Assembly (NCBI GenBank): GCA_964057225.1
Contig: OZ059898.1
Location: 16,058,001-16,122,000, forward strand
Origin: Auanema rhodensis
Taxonomy: Eukaryota > Animalia > Nematoda
DNA: 64,000 nucleotides
Reading direction: 5' to 3'
This document shows, piece by piece, positions 27,724 through 40,807 of the stretch. The position numbers were made by a program, and so were the translations under genes. The notes under the pieces are model-generated. The model did no database searches, was not told the origin of the DNA, and saw only the letters and a program-made list of their open reading frames with translations. Each line of letters opens with the position of its first letter. Positions within the stretch are counted from its first letter, which is position 1.

Positions 27724-28581
27724 CTGAAAAAAGAGTTGTATGAGAAATTTAAATTTACATCTACTCACACCTTACAAGATATTATTAAACGAATTAACTA
27801 TATCATAATAATAAATTTAAAATACAGGGAACACGAAAAATTCTATGAATTATAAAAAACTGAAAATTAACAATCAACACAACATTTTTTTTTTAATTTT
27901 TTTCATGAAGATAGCTGTTTATTTCTATTCCGCTTATCAGCAATTTATTGCTTCCAGCTATTTTTTGTTGTGAACATCAAAAAAAAGAAATATATAAATA
28001 TTCAAAACATATATACATACATATAATCATATATAAACATATATAATGATAAATACCTATTCATGAAATATTGATATGTTAAGATAACAATGATTGGAAA
28101 TCAAGGTTAAAAGGTTCAAAATATAGTTTTTGTATCTTGAAACTACAAACACCCATATGTATGTATATTATGAATATTATTATATAATTATATTTATATG
28201 AATATATCTAACAATAATACATAGATTACTATTTCATAATATACATATAGTATATGTATGTATGTAAGTAACTTATATCGGTAGAAATTCAATTAACTAT
28301 TTGTACATGAATATACTATATGTATATGCAACCGTGTACTTCAACAATTACTGTTTCAAATGATATCAATAACGTAAAAATTTACGTGAATTTTAATATT
28401 CAAATGAAAATATGTTTGTAGAAAACGTTACAACTATGTAAATATAATATCCCGAGAAAAAAAATTCTTATACTTGCCAAAAAATCTACTTTCCATAACA
28501 ATTGTGTTGTTATGAATGTAGAAGACATATCAACAAATTGACTCCCAAATATTTAAAAATTTATTTAAACATGTTAGAAGT

Positions 28582-28589
<8 letters not shown>

Positions 28590-28638
<49 letters not shown>
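28590..28638. repeat. (TA)n microsatellite
   Basis: Perfect TA run. Confidence 0.9.
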
Positions 28639-28640
<2 letters not shown>

Positions 28641-30149
28641 AAAAAGAATATTGGAAGGTAGATAGAAAGATATTTGAATGAAATTGGATCCTTAGCTCTA
28701 GGAGTTAAGAGAAAGAAAACTAGAAATGTACGTATATGAAAAGAAGCATTTTTTGAAGCTTATTTTAAGCATGATAAAAAAAAATTCTCCTTCAGTATCT
28801 TAAAAACTAATTCTCAGATAAGATGGCAATTTTTGTCTGATTTTCTATAAAATCGAGAAGATGATCAGATGAGAATCGATTAATGTATAAGCTGTTGTTA
28901 GTGGTACTTGTTAGAAAGATTAATACAAATTAATTACACCATATTTGTTATAAAACTGATATTGAAAGAAGAGAACAAACATTCAAGCATAGAATTCACA
29001 TTCAAGCATATTCAAGTAAACATCAAATAGTTGAATTTGTGGAAAAAAATCGAAACAAATTCAGGATTGTTCATGCGTTATCCGATTTCATAGATGAATC
29101 CACCAATTTTTATGTTAAGACTACATGTAGATAAAATACTTAGTTGACAGTTTTAGTTTATAGAATAATCATATCATTGTATGATATAACGTTAAAATTA
29201 ATATAAAAATATAATTTTAATTAAAAAATCTTAAAATAGGATTTGAAACTCATGCGCGAACACCTATCACGAAATAATTCGTAAGCTTTTGATGAACAAA
29301 ACAGGTCTGTAATGCTCAAATAAACAAATAATTATGCTTAATCTGAAGAAAGGCAAATGATAATGGTATGAAACTCACAGCAGGTGGTTTGAGCCATTCA
29401 CTTCGTACGTTAGTGAATGAGCGTTACGTTAAACATTGCTTAGGAGAGAAGTTGAGAGTTGTTCAACTAAAATCTACGTCTATTGGCGACGTCGTCCGAC
29501 AACGTCCAATCACAACGACAAAGTCCGAAGCAGCGCAAAAATCTAGTCTGCCGAATATTCTCAAAAACGAGATAAAGCAACAAGGAATCTGAATTTGCTT
29601 TTTTATGAAGAGATAGACAGAGAGCTATGAAATAGCTACGAAACAGTTTGGTCTGAATCTTATTAAACATTGGGAAATTTAAGCCAGAAGAACATAAGCT
29701 GATATCAAACTTCATAGATTGGTGAAAAACCTGAGAAAGAATACCAATAACTTAAAGTTTTGAAGTTAGAGGCATGTTTAAGTTCCAGATATTGAATGCT
29801 TTTACAATAAATAATATATAAGGTGTGAACTGTGAATGGTTAATTATAGAGAGCTAGTTTTAGTATAGGAAAGGTTTGAAACTCAACATTTTTCAAAGAA
29901 TAAATTCTACACCGTCATTAAACCTTTATATATGTGAGAATAAACAATGTAGAAAAATGTATTTACTAACCACACCAACAGTTCTACAAATCTTTATATT
30001 AAACTTACCTATCACTATAATCTGTATTGATAAGTTGATCAGCTAGCATAGCAATAGATATTATAATATGATGAATATAATTAAATAGAAATAATATATA
30101 CAAAGAAAAATTGATGTTTAGTGTACTCCTAACATTCTATCAAAAAATT

Positions 30150-30389
30150 ATTTCTGAAGTCTTGATGAAACTTCTGAAATTCAAGAAAGAAGACTTCAAG
30201 CAGTTTATGATTATTTCGGAGACTTCAGAAACTACTTTCAAACATGATTTTTAAAACTTTAAAGATTTTTCTGAATTCATTATCGTTTTTTAACACCCAA
30301 AATATATTTTTTCTAAATTTTTGTAGTTTGTCTGAAAAGATATAAGGGTTTCTAGTGGGTGTCCGACTTTCATCGCACAGGACTGTATA
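30150..30389. mobile_element. Solo end of a Tc1/mariner-type DNA transposon (terminal inverted repeat plus TA target)
   Basis: GGGTGTCCGACTTTCATCGCACAGGACTG|TA. Its reverse complement, TA|CAGTCCTGTGCGATGAAAGTCGGACACCC, has the CAGT...AAAGT...ACACCC shape of Tc1-family termini and abuts a (TA)n run. Internal 12-bp inverted repeat TTTCTGAAGTCT (30151) / AGACTTCAGAAA (~30219). No partner end found. Confidence 0.55.
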
Positions 30390-32499
30390 TATATATTTAT
30401 ATATATATATATATAATATATGTACACAATAATATAATAAATATTAAAAAATCATTACATCTTAACTATAATTTTAAATAGTAAACTAATTTTATATTAT
30501 ATATGCGTATATACCTATGAATATAGTAAATGTAAAAGTAAATAACTAAGTGGTACGATGGATTCATTGTTTTGTTTGGGAAATGCAAACATGATGCCAT
30601 GATGAAAGACAAAGAATCTACATGCCAAAATGAACATCATTTCGATAGATGGAAAGATTTTAATTGTGATAACCATATATTAGTAATAAAAGAGATTGCA
30701 TCTGGAATAATAAGCTAAAAGGAGAATAAATAGTTGAGTATTTAAACAAAATTATGCAATTGCTTCTCTTTGTGACATAAAATAAAAATTGTTCCATTTA
30801 TACACCAGCTATGCAAATTTTGAATTATCTATCTTAATAAGTGAAATTAATATGAACAAAGAAAGTAGGATATACTTAACGGAAAACCAGGGTGGGGGGG
30901 ATTGCTCTCATCAGCCTCGGGCAAATATTGACAATTGGTGCAAATTTCAAAGAATAGTAACTGATAGTTCATAGATGTTGTCATACAACAAGAAGAGCCA
31001 CTACATACGTTATACTTACATATCCAGATTATTATCTATTCTAGTATTTTTGATAGAAGAATAACATTTCTAGTTATTATTTTTATTTATAAATAACATT
31101 ATTACTTATTAAATTAACTATATTGTAAATATTCGTGTAGTGCAATACATACATATAGAGATTGATTAAATACTATAGAAGTATGATAAAAATAGTAACT
31201 ACAATTGAAGTAACTATAACTTTAAAATTTATATAAGAACCATGAATAGTATAAAGAGCTTCAGAATGAATGAAATCTGTAAACGATGATAACACGTTTT
31301 ATCGTATTAATTAGCGAACTAGTTGCATAGTTATTCAAATATGGAAGAAAACAACAGAAACCTGACCCTTGAAATTAGACCTCAATTTGGATTTCGGAAC
31401 AAATTTCTAAGGACAAACACTTACCTTTTTGACCAGCCCGCTACAAACAATTATTGCGTTACTTCAGTTTCTATGACTTTAGAGAACAAACTATGATTGA
31501 TAACTAATTTTAATAAAATACACTAACTTTTTGAGAAAAGAATTGAAGAAAAAAATGTTTTTATCTCCTGGAAAATCAAGAAAATGATTGTTGTTTGACC
31601 ACATACTAGCAGAAGAAATTTTGAACACATATCCTATCATTAAAAGTTGAGAGAAATGTTGACAAACAATGACAGTGTTAGAAAGTGCCGATTTACAACA
31701 TTTGATATATGTATAAAGTTATCATTATCATTCTAATGATAATAAATCATTAAATTACATTTTTTTCATCTGAGAATTCTATTATAATGAAAAAAAAAAG
31801 AAAAACACTACAGAGAGAAACGTTAACGCAAAAAAAAAACAATTATGGAGGCGTGAATGGAGGTCAAGTGAAAAAAAACAAAAACAGGTTTCAGAACTCT
31901 CAAACCTTTACTTTCATCTAATTCATCATAGTACAAATCATGATAATTAAACCATTCAGATCATATGCTAGGTAAGTGCTCAACACTTTGCTCATGCCCA
32001 GTTCTTTGATCAGCTGCTGAACTAATAATAGGTGATTTAAGCCATCGCAACGCCTAAGTGTTTCATGACTTGAGCTTGTCCCAAGAATTAACACAGAAAC
32101 TTTTCTATACGCCATATTACAAGAAATTCAGTCAAAGATCTTTTGAAATTTTTTATATTAATAAAAATATTAAATACATACAAAATTCAATTGAGTACAT
32201 AAAATAGCACATCATCAACCTAAACTAATGTTATAAAATTTGAGGAAAACAACGAACTAAAGTCAGACTAGATAAATAATCAGCACATTGAGCATTTCAA
32301 TCATATACCCTTTAAATATAAGCAAAACACAAGCATCACCAATTGATAACCTGTGGAAACTTGCAAATTTTAAAATTATTTCAGAACTAGCACATACAAC
32401 AAAATTCAAAAAGAAACATGTTAAATTTCACGTTTATCGATACATTCTAAAACTTATTTGGTTTTGTTTTCAAAACGGCTAATTATTGAAATTTTTATT

Positions 32500-33793
32500 C
32501 TAGTTATTACATGGAGAGCCATGAATTTCAGCACACGCTTTTGAAAATGGTGCTAGTTAATTTTTAGAAAATAAACATAAATTACTCTGTACCGGATAGA
32601 ATTCTTCGAAGGAGTTCGTATACACTATTAGTTATTCCCCAAGCCAACAGAGATCGAGAAAAATTTAAGTGAACACCTAAGTATAATCCTCGTAACGAGG
32701 CATTTCGTTCTTTCCATATTTCAGTAAACACTCTGATCGGATTTTCAAAAGAAGACCCAACCTAAATTTTTTTTTAATTTTTAAATTCTAAAAAATCGAA
32801 ACTTACTTTGCTCTGCATATGATTTTTAACGACGTTTAGGGGATAAAATAATGTTGAAATAGAAGCTCCTAATACAGCGCCTGATATGAAATCGGCTACT
32901 ATTTGTAAAACATTATTGGGTAATGGGGCTTTCGATGATAATACCTGACAAAATGATAAGTATAATAATTAAAAAATCAAAGCAAACCAATTGCTTGAAT
33001 GGTTCCCTAAACGTGAAAAATAAGGAATTTGAAAGACTATTGCGAGCCATAACAACTGAAAATCCACGATAATATTCTCGATAACCAAATCCCTGAATAA
33101 ATTTTTCATTTTCTTTCTCTTTCCATTGGTCTTACCGAAATAGCTCGTAATGCTTGCCCCGTATTTTTAAACTCGTCGTGATATCGAGATGTTTGAAGAA
33201 GAACCTGTACCCTTTCCAAGGGACATAAAGATGCTTCACATAATCCAGCTTAAATTATGAATTCATAAAATACTTCGAAAAAAAAAACATTTTAGAACCT
33301 AAAAAAGCTGCTTGGGCATGGCAAATGGTAAGCGAAGTATTCGGAGGAGAATGTGGACAAGCCAACGTTTCCTTTAAAGAAGAGTAATTCGAGGAGATAT
33401 AAAATGATTTAAGAAAGCTGCTTATGAACACTTACTTGAAATTTATCATAGAGCCCAAACATTAAGGCCCTAGAAGATGTCCTCATTAGTAAGGGAGGTA
33501 GTAAACCACGATATAGAAGGTGCAGCCCTTCCGATTTAAGCTATAAAACATGTAAGAAAATTTACAACAACGTAACTCTTACCTGTCCCACTGCATCTTT
33601 AGCAGTGAATCCATGAAGCTGCTGTCGAAAAATAATTTTATAGGACGGAAAAAGTAAGCATGTCTCTATACAGCCAGCACCCCAACCACACAAAAAGTCA
33701 AGGGTATGTGTTCCTAAATCATTAATAGATGAAGAAGTTTTACTGTCAAAACTCACGTTTACCGGGACTTGCATCAAGAGTAGCTCGAACCAT
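32500..33793 (-). CDS. SLC25A51: Mitochondrial carrier, SLC25A51/SLC25A52 (MCART1; NAD+ transporter) family
   Basis: [10 protein letters not shown]|..[33 protein letters not shown]...[21 protein letters not shown]...[12 protein letters not shown]...[21 protein letters not shown]...[18 protein letters not shown]...[20 protein letters not shown]. The FRQQ motif and carrier signatures are typical of SLC25A51. Stop at 32500 with a last intron, or at 32582 without it. Confidence 0.88.
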
Positions 33794-34232
33794 CTTTTCT
33801 CTAGTTATGAAAACTCTCGTTTCAATATTTTTATGATATTCTTTCAATCATAGCAAGAAAACGTAAGGCTTCTGAAATATTTATACAGATTGTTGTGCCA
33901 TAATAGGTATTGTAACGCACTAAAACTAGAAAAAGTTGTAAAGACTATGTTTATCAAAAGGCAAAAACTTTCAATCAATCAGTAAAATGATATTGGTTAT
34001 AACACGCAGCAGCATGATAGCTGAATAAGCGACGTCCGAATAAAAATTCTTCCGCAGAAAGCCGACATACTAAACAGCTTCTCACACTTTAGATTTTAAT
34101 CACTTCAAACTTTATTAATTTAATCATTTTAGTTTTCCATTATTTCTATTTATTTTATTTTTAAGTTATTTTATAAACTTGAATATTATTGATTATCATG
34201 ATGAAATTATTTTTATTTTCAGAAAGCATCCG
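33794..34232. promoter_or_regulatory. Bidirectional promoter region shared by SLC25A51-like and RRS1, with candidate trans-splice acceptors
   Basis: Head-to-head ATGs about 440 bp apart. TTTTCAG at 34216-34222 just before the RRS1 ATG; TTTCAG on the minus strand near 33872. Confidence 0.55.
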
Positions 34233-35578
34233 ATGGATCTTTCCAAGATTGAATTCAAATCTACTAATGTAGAAAAATTGGTTGATCCTGTTGTAGATCT
34301 TGGAAATTTATTAATAATTGATAGAGTACCAATTGAAGCAGATGTTATAGAGTTTGTTTTTTTTGTTGTTTTTTTCTTAATATTTAGTTTCAGATCTGGA
34401 CTCGCTGATAGAGCACGGGATAATGTGCAATACTTGTTTAATCAAATTTGGGACTTAGAGCGCACCACTATGGATTCTTCAATCCTGGCAAAGCTACCGC
34501 TTGGCACTTTCAGATTACCTCGAGAGAAGAAGGTGTTTAAACAATTTTAATATATAAGTTTTTAAATTCTGTATTGCTAGATCCCTGAACCTAAAGAACC
34601 AACAAAATGGGAGAAGTATGCCAAAGAAAAGGGTATTGTTAAGAGGAAGAAGGATAAGAAGGTTTATTTTTATTGAGTTGCATAGGAAACACTTAATGAT
34701 TTAGGTGTACGATGAGAATACCAAAGAATGGGTACCAACCTTTGGATACAGAAGAGGAAAAGACGATACTAAAGTACCATATATTGAAATTCCTGATGGA
34801 GGAGGTGAATTATTCTTTATATAGTTTATATAATAATTTTTGAATCTAGATATTTATAAGGATTATTTCGCTGAGCGTGTTGAAAAGAAAAAAGAAAGAG
34901 TAGCGAAAAATGAAATGCAAAGACTAAAGAATCTTGCAAAGCAACTTAATACAAAGGTATGTTTAACTTTTATTTATTTTTTTCCATATCTCTTTTTAGG
35001 TTAAAACTGGTGCTTCTATTGATGCTTCTATTGGTGTAGGTATATCTCCCGAAGACAAATCCAAGCAACAAGTGAAACCAAATAATAATAATAAGCGTAA
35101 TATTTTTATTTTTAGGTACGATTTGCTATTGATCGTGCTAAGTCAGCTACAGCTTCATTTGGAAAATTCCAACGCTTAGCCAAAGGAGAAAAGGAAAATG
35201 TTAAAACTGGTAAAAAAAGACAGGTAGTAATATTTAATGAGCTCCTTGATTAAATTATTCTTTTCAGTTCCAACCTAACGAGGGCGGTGCTACGGAAGAG
35301 AAAAACAGAGGACTATCCATTCTAGAAAAGATGACGAACAAAAAAGCTAGAATTATTGAGGAGAAAGCTGCCTCTATTGCGGGGCCTGAAAGAAAGTGAG
35401 TCTTCCGACATACTAATTTTATATCTAACTTGGATCTTAAAGAGAGAAGAAGGATAAGGTCGGAAAAAATAAGCCTATTAGACAGAAGAGTCAAATTCAT
35501 CGCCAGCAGTGGTTTAAGAATAAGAAATCTGACAAGAAGAAAACAGGTGGAAACAAAGTTAGAAAAACCAAGAAATAA
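34233..35578 (+). CDS. RRS1: Ribosome biogenesis regulatory protein RRS1 (C. elegans rrbs-1)
   Basis: MDLSKIEFKSTNVEK...DLGNLLIID...ARDNVQYLFNQIWDL...LPREK|KIPEPKEPTKWEKYAKEKGI...VYDENTKEWVPTFGY...RVAKNEMQRLKN...AKSATASFGKFQ, then a Lys-rich tail; TAA 35576-35578. Confidence 0.96.
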
Positions 35579-38500
35579 GCTTAACCATATCCTTTACATT
35601 GTTATGTTTTGTTATGTTTCCATGTCTTCATGGTTTGTTATTTTGTTATCGTTTATGAAAGAAATACATTTTGTTATTGCTCTTACGAAATGAACTTTTT
35701 TTTCCAAATGTTGTTCAATATTCTTGAGATTTATTCGTTCTATGCTTCAAAAAGCAGATCATCTGCCAGTTGTGTGCTGTGGGATATCGATCGCCGGCCA
35801 TTCGTAGCGCATTGGAAGTGAAAGTGTGTCTCGAGCTTAAGCATGCCATTTTACTAATTTTGATTGAACTTGATCATTTTATAAGAAGAAAAATCAACTA
35901 AATTGTATTCATTATGTTTATAAATTTGTCTCTTGAGCTCAAATCAGAGTTTTTTCGTTTTGTTCTTGAAAATGGCAGAAATATATTCAAGTTTAGCTAT
36001 GTATTTTTAAATTATTGTTTGATATTGAATTCGTGTACAAAGAATAGTGTAAAATCTGTTTGATTTGTTCTTTTTTAGTTTTTTAAAACTATTTTATTTA
36101 ACTATTTAGTCTCTCGCACGTTTTCGAATATATTGAATTTTATGATACAATTAATGCTTGCGCCTTGATGTCATTTATGAATTAAAAACGAAGCTATGTT
36201 TTATTCAGATTAAATAATACATGAAGGTATATATTTTTTATATTAAACACTTGGCAAGAGCAAATTCTTCTGACCTACTTAGTATTTTGGAATTAGTTAG
36301 TACTAGTCAATACCCAAGATATTGAGATTTGCTTGATCTTTGATCTCATGGTTTTGATAATGTTCATATATTATCTATGCTATATATCTCATGTTATCTT
36401 AAAATAAGCTTGTAAATTAATATTTCTCGTGTTACTCTTACTTACTCTTAATATAATTTGATGAGTGTGATAGCTCCACGTCATCATTGATCCTTCTCAC
36501 TAAGCCTTAACGTTGATTTCATTTTGATATGTGGCGATTCATTATTCGGTTGTACATATTTTTATTTTTCCGATCACATTCGTTTTCACTCAACAAACGA
36601 TTTTGCATCGTTATTCTTTAAAAATAATTTTTTTCGACAAGAAATCAAGATGCAAGCAATTGCGTCGTCATTCTCTTTGAATTATTTCACAACTACCTGA
36701 GCGAGCTATGATGTTAAAATGGTTTTCATCTCTTTCATATTTGTAGATTGTATCTTATGTACTTTGTCGCGCCGAACTTAGGTTATTCATTCAGAGAGAT
36801 ATTTCTGATAAGCATTTCAATAGTTCTAGTTGTCACTTACGTTAAAGTTAACTTAAAACTGAAACTTCTAATATCTTTTGAAAGGTAAAGAGGACATATT
36901 TTCGAAAAATATCTCTGCTCTTCTTTCTTTTTGTTCTTTGTTCTACTTGATAATTCTAAAAAGTTTGCCTTCTTTATTATTACATAAAAAGACTAGAATG
37001 TTTCATTATATCATCCCATACAATAAATATAACGGTTTTTCTGCTGTTTTGACGAAGTCTTTTTCGTTTAAGCATGCGTGTCTCTTTAATTTCAAAGCTA
37101 GTGGACTGTCTATCTGTTTATCGGGCTGTCATCAGGACAGTCAGTCAACAACTTCAACTTTGTATTTTTCAAAATTGATTAAACAAACTTATTTTGTTCT
37201 CCTTATCCTGAATAGTATATAGCATATGTTATGAAGCTTTGGTATAGGTCGATTATTCAGAAGCAGCCACGTCCTTCAAATGGTTTTATCTTTAAAAGAG
37301 AATCTTTGCGCTGACAGTTTACATGTGGATTGATGTGCACGGGGTCAAATACACATTTTGATGACCAATTTTCATCTAGATTCTTTGTCATCTTGAGATT
37401 TTTTGTTGCCTCCATATCTGATGCCTTTTGTGGACGGCTTGTCTACGTCTTCGTCATTTTGACAAAAAAAACGCTTTTGTACAATTCAATATTTCATCTC
37501 AACAGTTGTGAATACTTTCTGGGATAGTAGTGTGTGGTTTTTGGATATTGTTCCTTACAGCTTTTTCTAAATAACTATTTTTCAGACACTTCAGCAAGCA
37601 TTTACATCTATCCTTGTTAACCCTGTTATTTAGATGATTTTTAATGATTTGCACGTGTCATTCATGTGCTGCATATTGTTTGTGGAGCTTTTTTGCTTTC
37701 CTTCTTCGATATATTGACTTTCAGACTTCGTTATTTGCACCCCTTCACACCTAAGCTTAAATCATACTTTTAATATTATTCATCTTTCTCTCCTCTCTGT
37801 CTCCTCCTTTCTCCGGTTCTCTTTCTCTGCTCTCTTTGGATGTAGTATACATCGCTTCACTACTTTTCGTTTTCTTGTTGAAGTGTATAATTCCAATATT
37901 CGTTTGTAAGCTATTCATCCATCTCGTTTGATTGTCAGGTAGCATGATTGTTAAGCTTTGTTCTGTTATCATCTTATAATCCACTGGCGCCAGTCAAATT
38001 TTCAACAGATTATAATCAAATTTAATCATTTGATAGGAAGAATTAATTTTTAATTTGGGGGTGATACTGATATGACTTCCGTCATAAGTGTTTCTTCTAT
38101 TTCCAACGTTTTTATCAACGCTCCTAGAACAACATTTTGGATCTTATTCATTTTCAGAGTTCTTTCATCAGGCTATGAATTGACCATGAGTTTCATTTGA
38201 TTCTCTAAAATCTATATAATTTCAAATTCAAATTTTGAGAACTGTAGCTTCGGGATAATATGTTTTGTCATGATCATTTAGATATTGGACTAGTATAGCT
38301 TATAATATAAAAATCATCTCCTTCTCTCTCTCCAGCTATCTTTATCTATTTCCCTCTCTAATTCAATCCTTTTTAGTTCGACATTTATCATATAAACATC
38401 TGAATATAGTAATCTAAACAATTCAAAGTACCAAACGAATAGAAACATTTTGAACCAGCAGATCATGTGTTTAATGATTTTACATTGTTTGTTCTTATTT

Positions 38501-40807
38501 TCACATTTTACAATAAGAATTTAGCGAAGAAATGTCACGCGAAATTTTCGATGAATGCTGACCAACGTGAGAATTCATTTCACGTGTGAATCATTTCCAG
38601 CTGTTGCCATATACCACACGGTCGGTATTAGTATACAATTTGATCCCGATAATAATTTCGAAATATATACATTATTAAAGGTTAGTTAATATAGAAATAG
38701 ACCTTTATTTTTTCAAAAACACTTTTCTCTTAAACATATTATATTTAAAGAAATTTATTTCCACTTTCTATATGGGGATACATGTTTCATCTATGGATAA
38801 GCATAATATTCATACCAAATTTAATAAAGAAATGAAAAACGAAGAAACAGCAATACGTGAGAAAACCAAAACTGAGGTTAGTGAGTAATACATGAGACAT
38901 GATACAGATCACTCAAATCATTCACAATCACCAATTATATATAATTTTAATTTCCTTAAAATGTTAATTCTTTTTTTATCATTAGTGAAAAACCCCCCCC
39001 CCAAAAAAAAAACCGAAAGTTGTCACATTTTTCTGAGAGTTTGGTGTGTTCAGCTTTCTATGTTATACTTTTTGCTATAATAGTGAAAAACATGCAATAT
39101 CGGCAAAGTATAGTAGCAAAGCGTTGTGTACATCTGATTAAACGCCGAAATTCTATCGTTTTTCAGTTGTTGAATTGGTTTTTTAACTTAAAACAAAAGA
39201 AACATCAGCAAAACTAGTACTAATGCTATATTCTACTTTTTTATTTTCAAAAAAGGAAATACTAAAAAGTTGTCTGATAACAGGCAGAAAATGAATATGA
39301 CATTTCAAAAATTATTTTCTCGATAAGGTCAATATAATTATTGTTTTATCACATAAAACGATATAAAGAAAAAAATTGTATAGCTGCCGCAGTTTCTATT
39401 AGTATCTATACTTATAATGGCGGGTGGTAGTTATGAGTTGAAAATTTAAAGATTTTATTTGTTTATTAACGAGCTAATATATGTTCTTTTCTCTTTTGAA
39501 TTACTTTATCTGATAGTAGAGCTGATATTTATATTGTTTGCATTATTAATTCCACTATCTTCTACTTATATCATTTCCACATATACTTTTAATTTTTACT
39601 TATTATCCTTCAAATCTTTGTATTTTAATATAGATGTTTTCAAGATTATTATAGTTAACAGAACTTAAAACAGATAGAAGGAAGGTATACGCTTTTATGT
39701 TCACCCATATTTCTTAAATACTCGTTTTCTTTCCATTAAGATATCTTTCAATATATCGTCTTCGAATATACTAAATAATTCCAAGACTAACTTACTATAA
39801 TAATATATTACTTAAGCTCTAAAATTGTATTAAATATTTATTATATGAAACAGCTATATTAAAGTAAAGGTTGAAAATATCTTTTAAAAGTATGATTAAT
39901 CTGTTTCCTGATTTTCATATTTATCTAATAAGTATCAGTAGTTCAACGTGTCACTAAGTGTGTTTCAGTAGTTATTCCCGTTTCTTCTTTTCTTCTTAAG
40001 TATTAAGAAGATTTTTTAGAGAAGATGATAATAGGTATTAAGATTTTTAACATTAAAAAATTTTGGACTTCCCTTTCTCTTCCCACTGTGCTGATAATAT
40101 TTTCTTATCGATAATTGCTACCTGAAACTGTATCATCAGCTATAATGCTTTTCTGTTTTTATTGCTCTTTTATTATTATTACGGCCTTTTGAAGAAAAAT
40201 TTAAATTATTGAAGCTTTATATAATATGATAAATGTGGATGTTTCAATCAAGCAGATGTAATATTGATAAGAATATCTGAAATAGTGTTTACGATATATA
40301 AATGTTTTAACACAGGTACAGCTTATGCTCTACTTTGTTCTTAAGATCACACAATTGATATTCGATGTTTTTGTTATTTTTCCTCAACTCTCCTGATCGA
40401 TATCTGCCCTATGATGACAAATCTCGTGCATCTGATATCATTTACTTAAAACTCATTAAATTGTTCATTTATTCTACTTGTTTCGTAAAGAATAGTTCTT
40501 GTGAATGTTCGTCTTGTTATCAGCTGACATCTGCATATATACATGTGGTCTTTCTAGTTTTTTCATTTTCTATTTTTTCATATTTAGCTTAATCTTTTTT
40601 CTCTTGTTTATCTAGCTATTGATATTTCCTTTGCAACTTATTTCTATTTTAACGTCATCTATCTCATCATTAGATCTCTCTCATTCTCTGTTGTCTTAGA
40701 AAGTAACCATTGTGCTGTTTTCTCTGCCTTTTTGAACATGACATTTGATGTACTTCTTATTTTTTTCGTTCTTAAAATTATTTTTTACTCTCATTCATTA
40801 TATTCAG

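Noticed and set aside
29368-29715. Two overlapping ORFs in a GC-richer island with a short hairpin
   Set aside because: No recognisable domain or consistent exon chain; more likely a promoter or UTR exon of the RhoGEF gene.
38519-38876. Possible upstream AMP deaminase exons (MNADQ..., MKNEETAIREKTKTE)
   Set aside because: Plausible donors, but one model needs a ~34-nt intron and there is no homology support; left out of the gene model.
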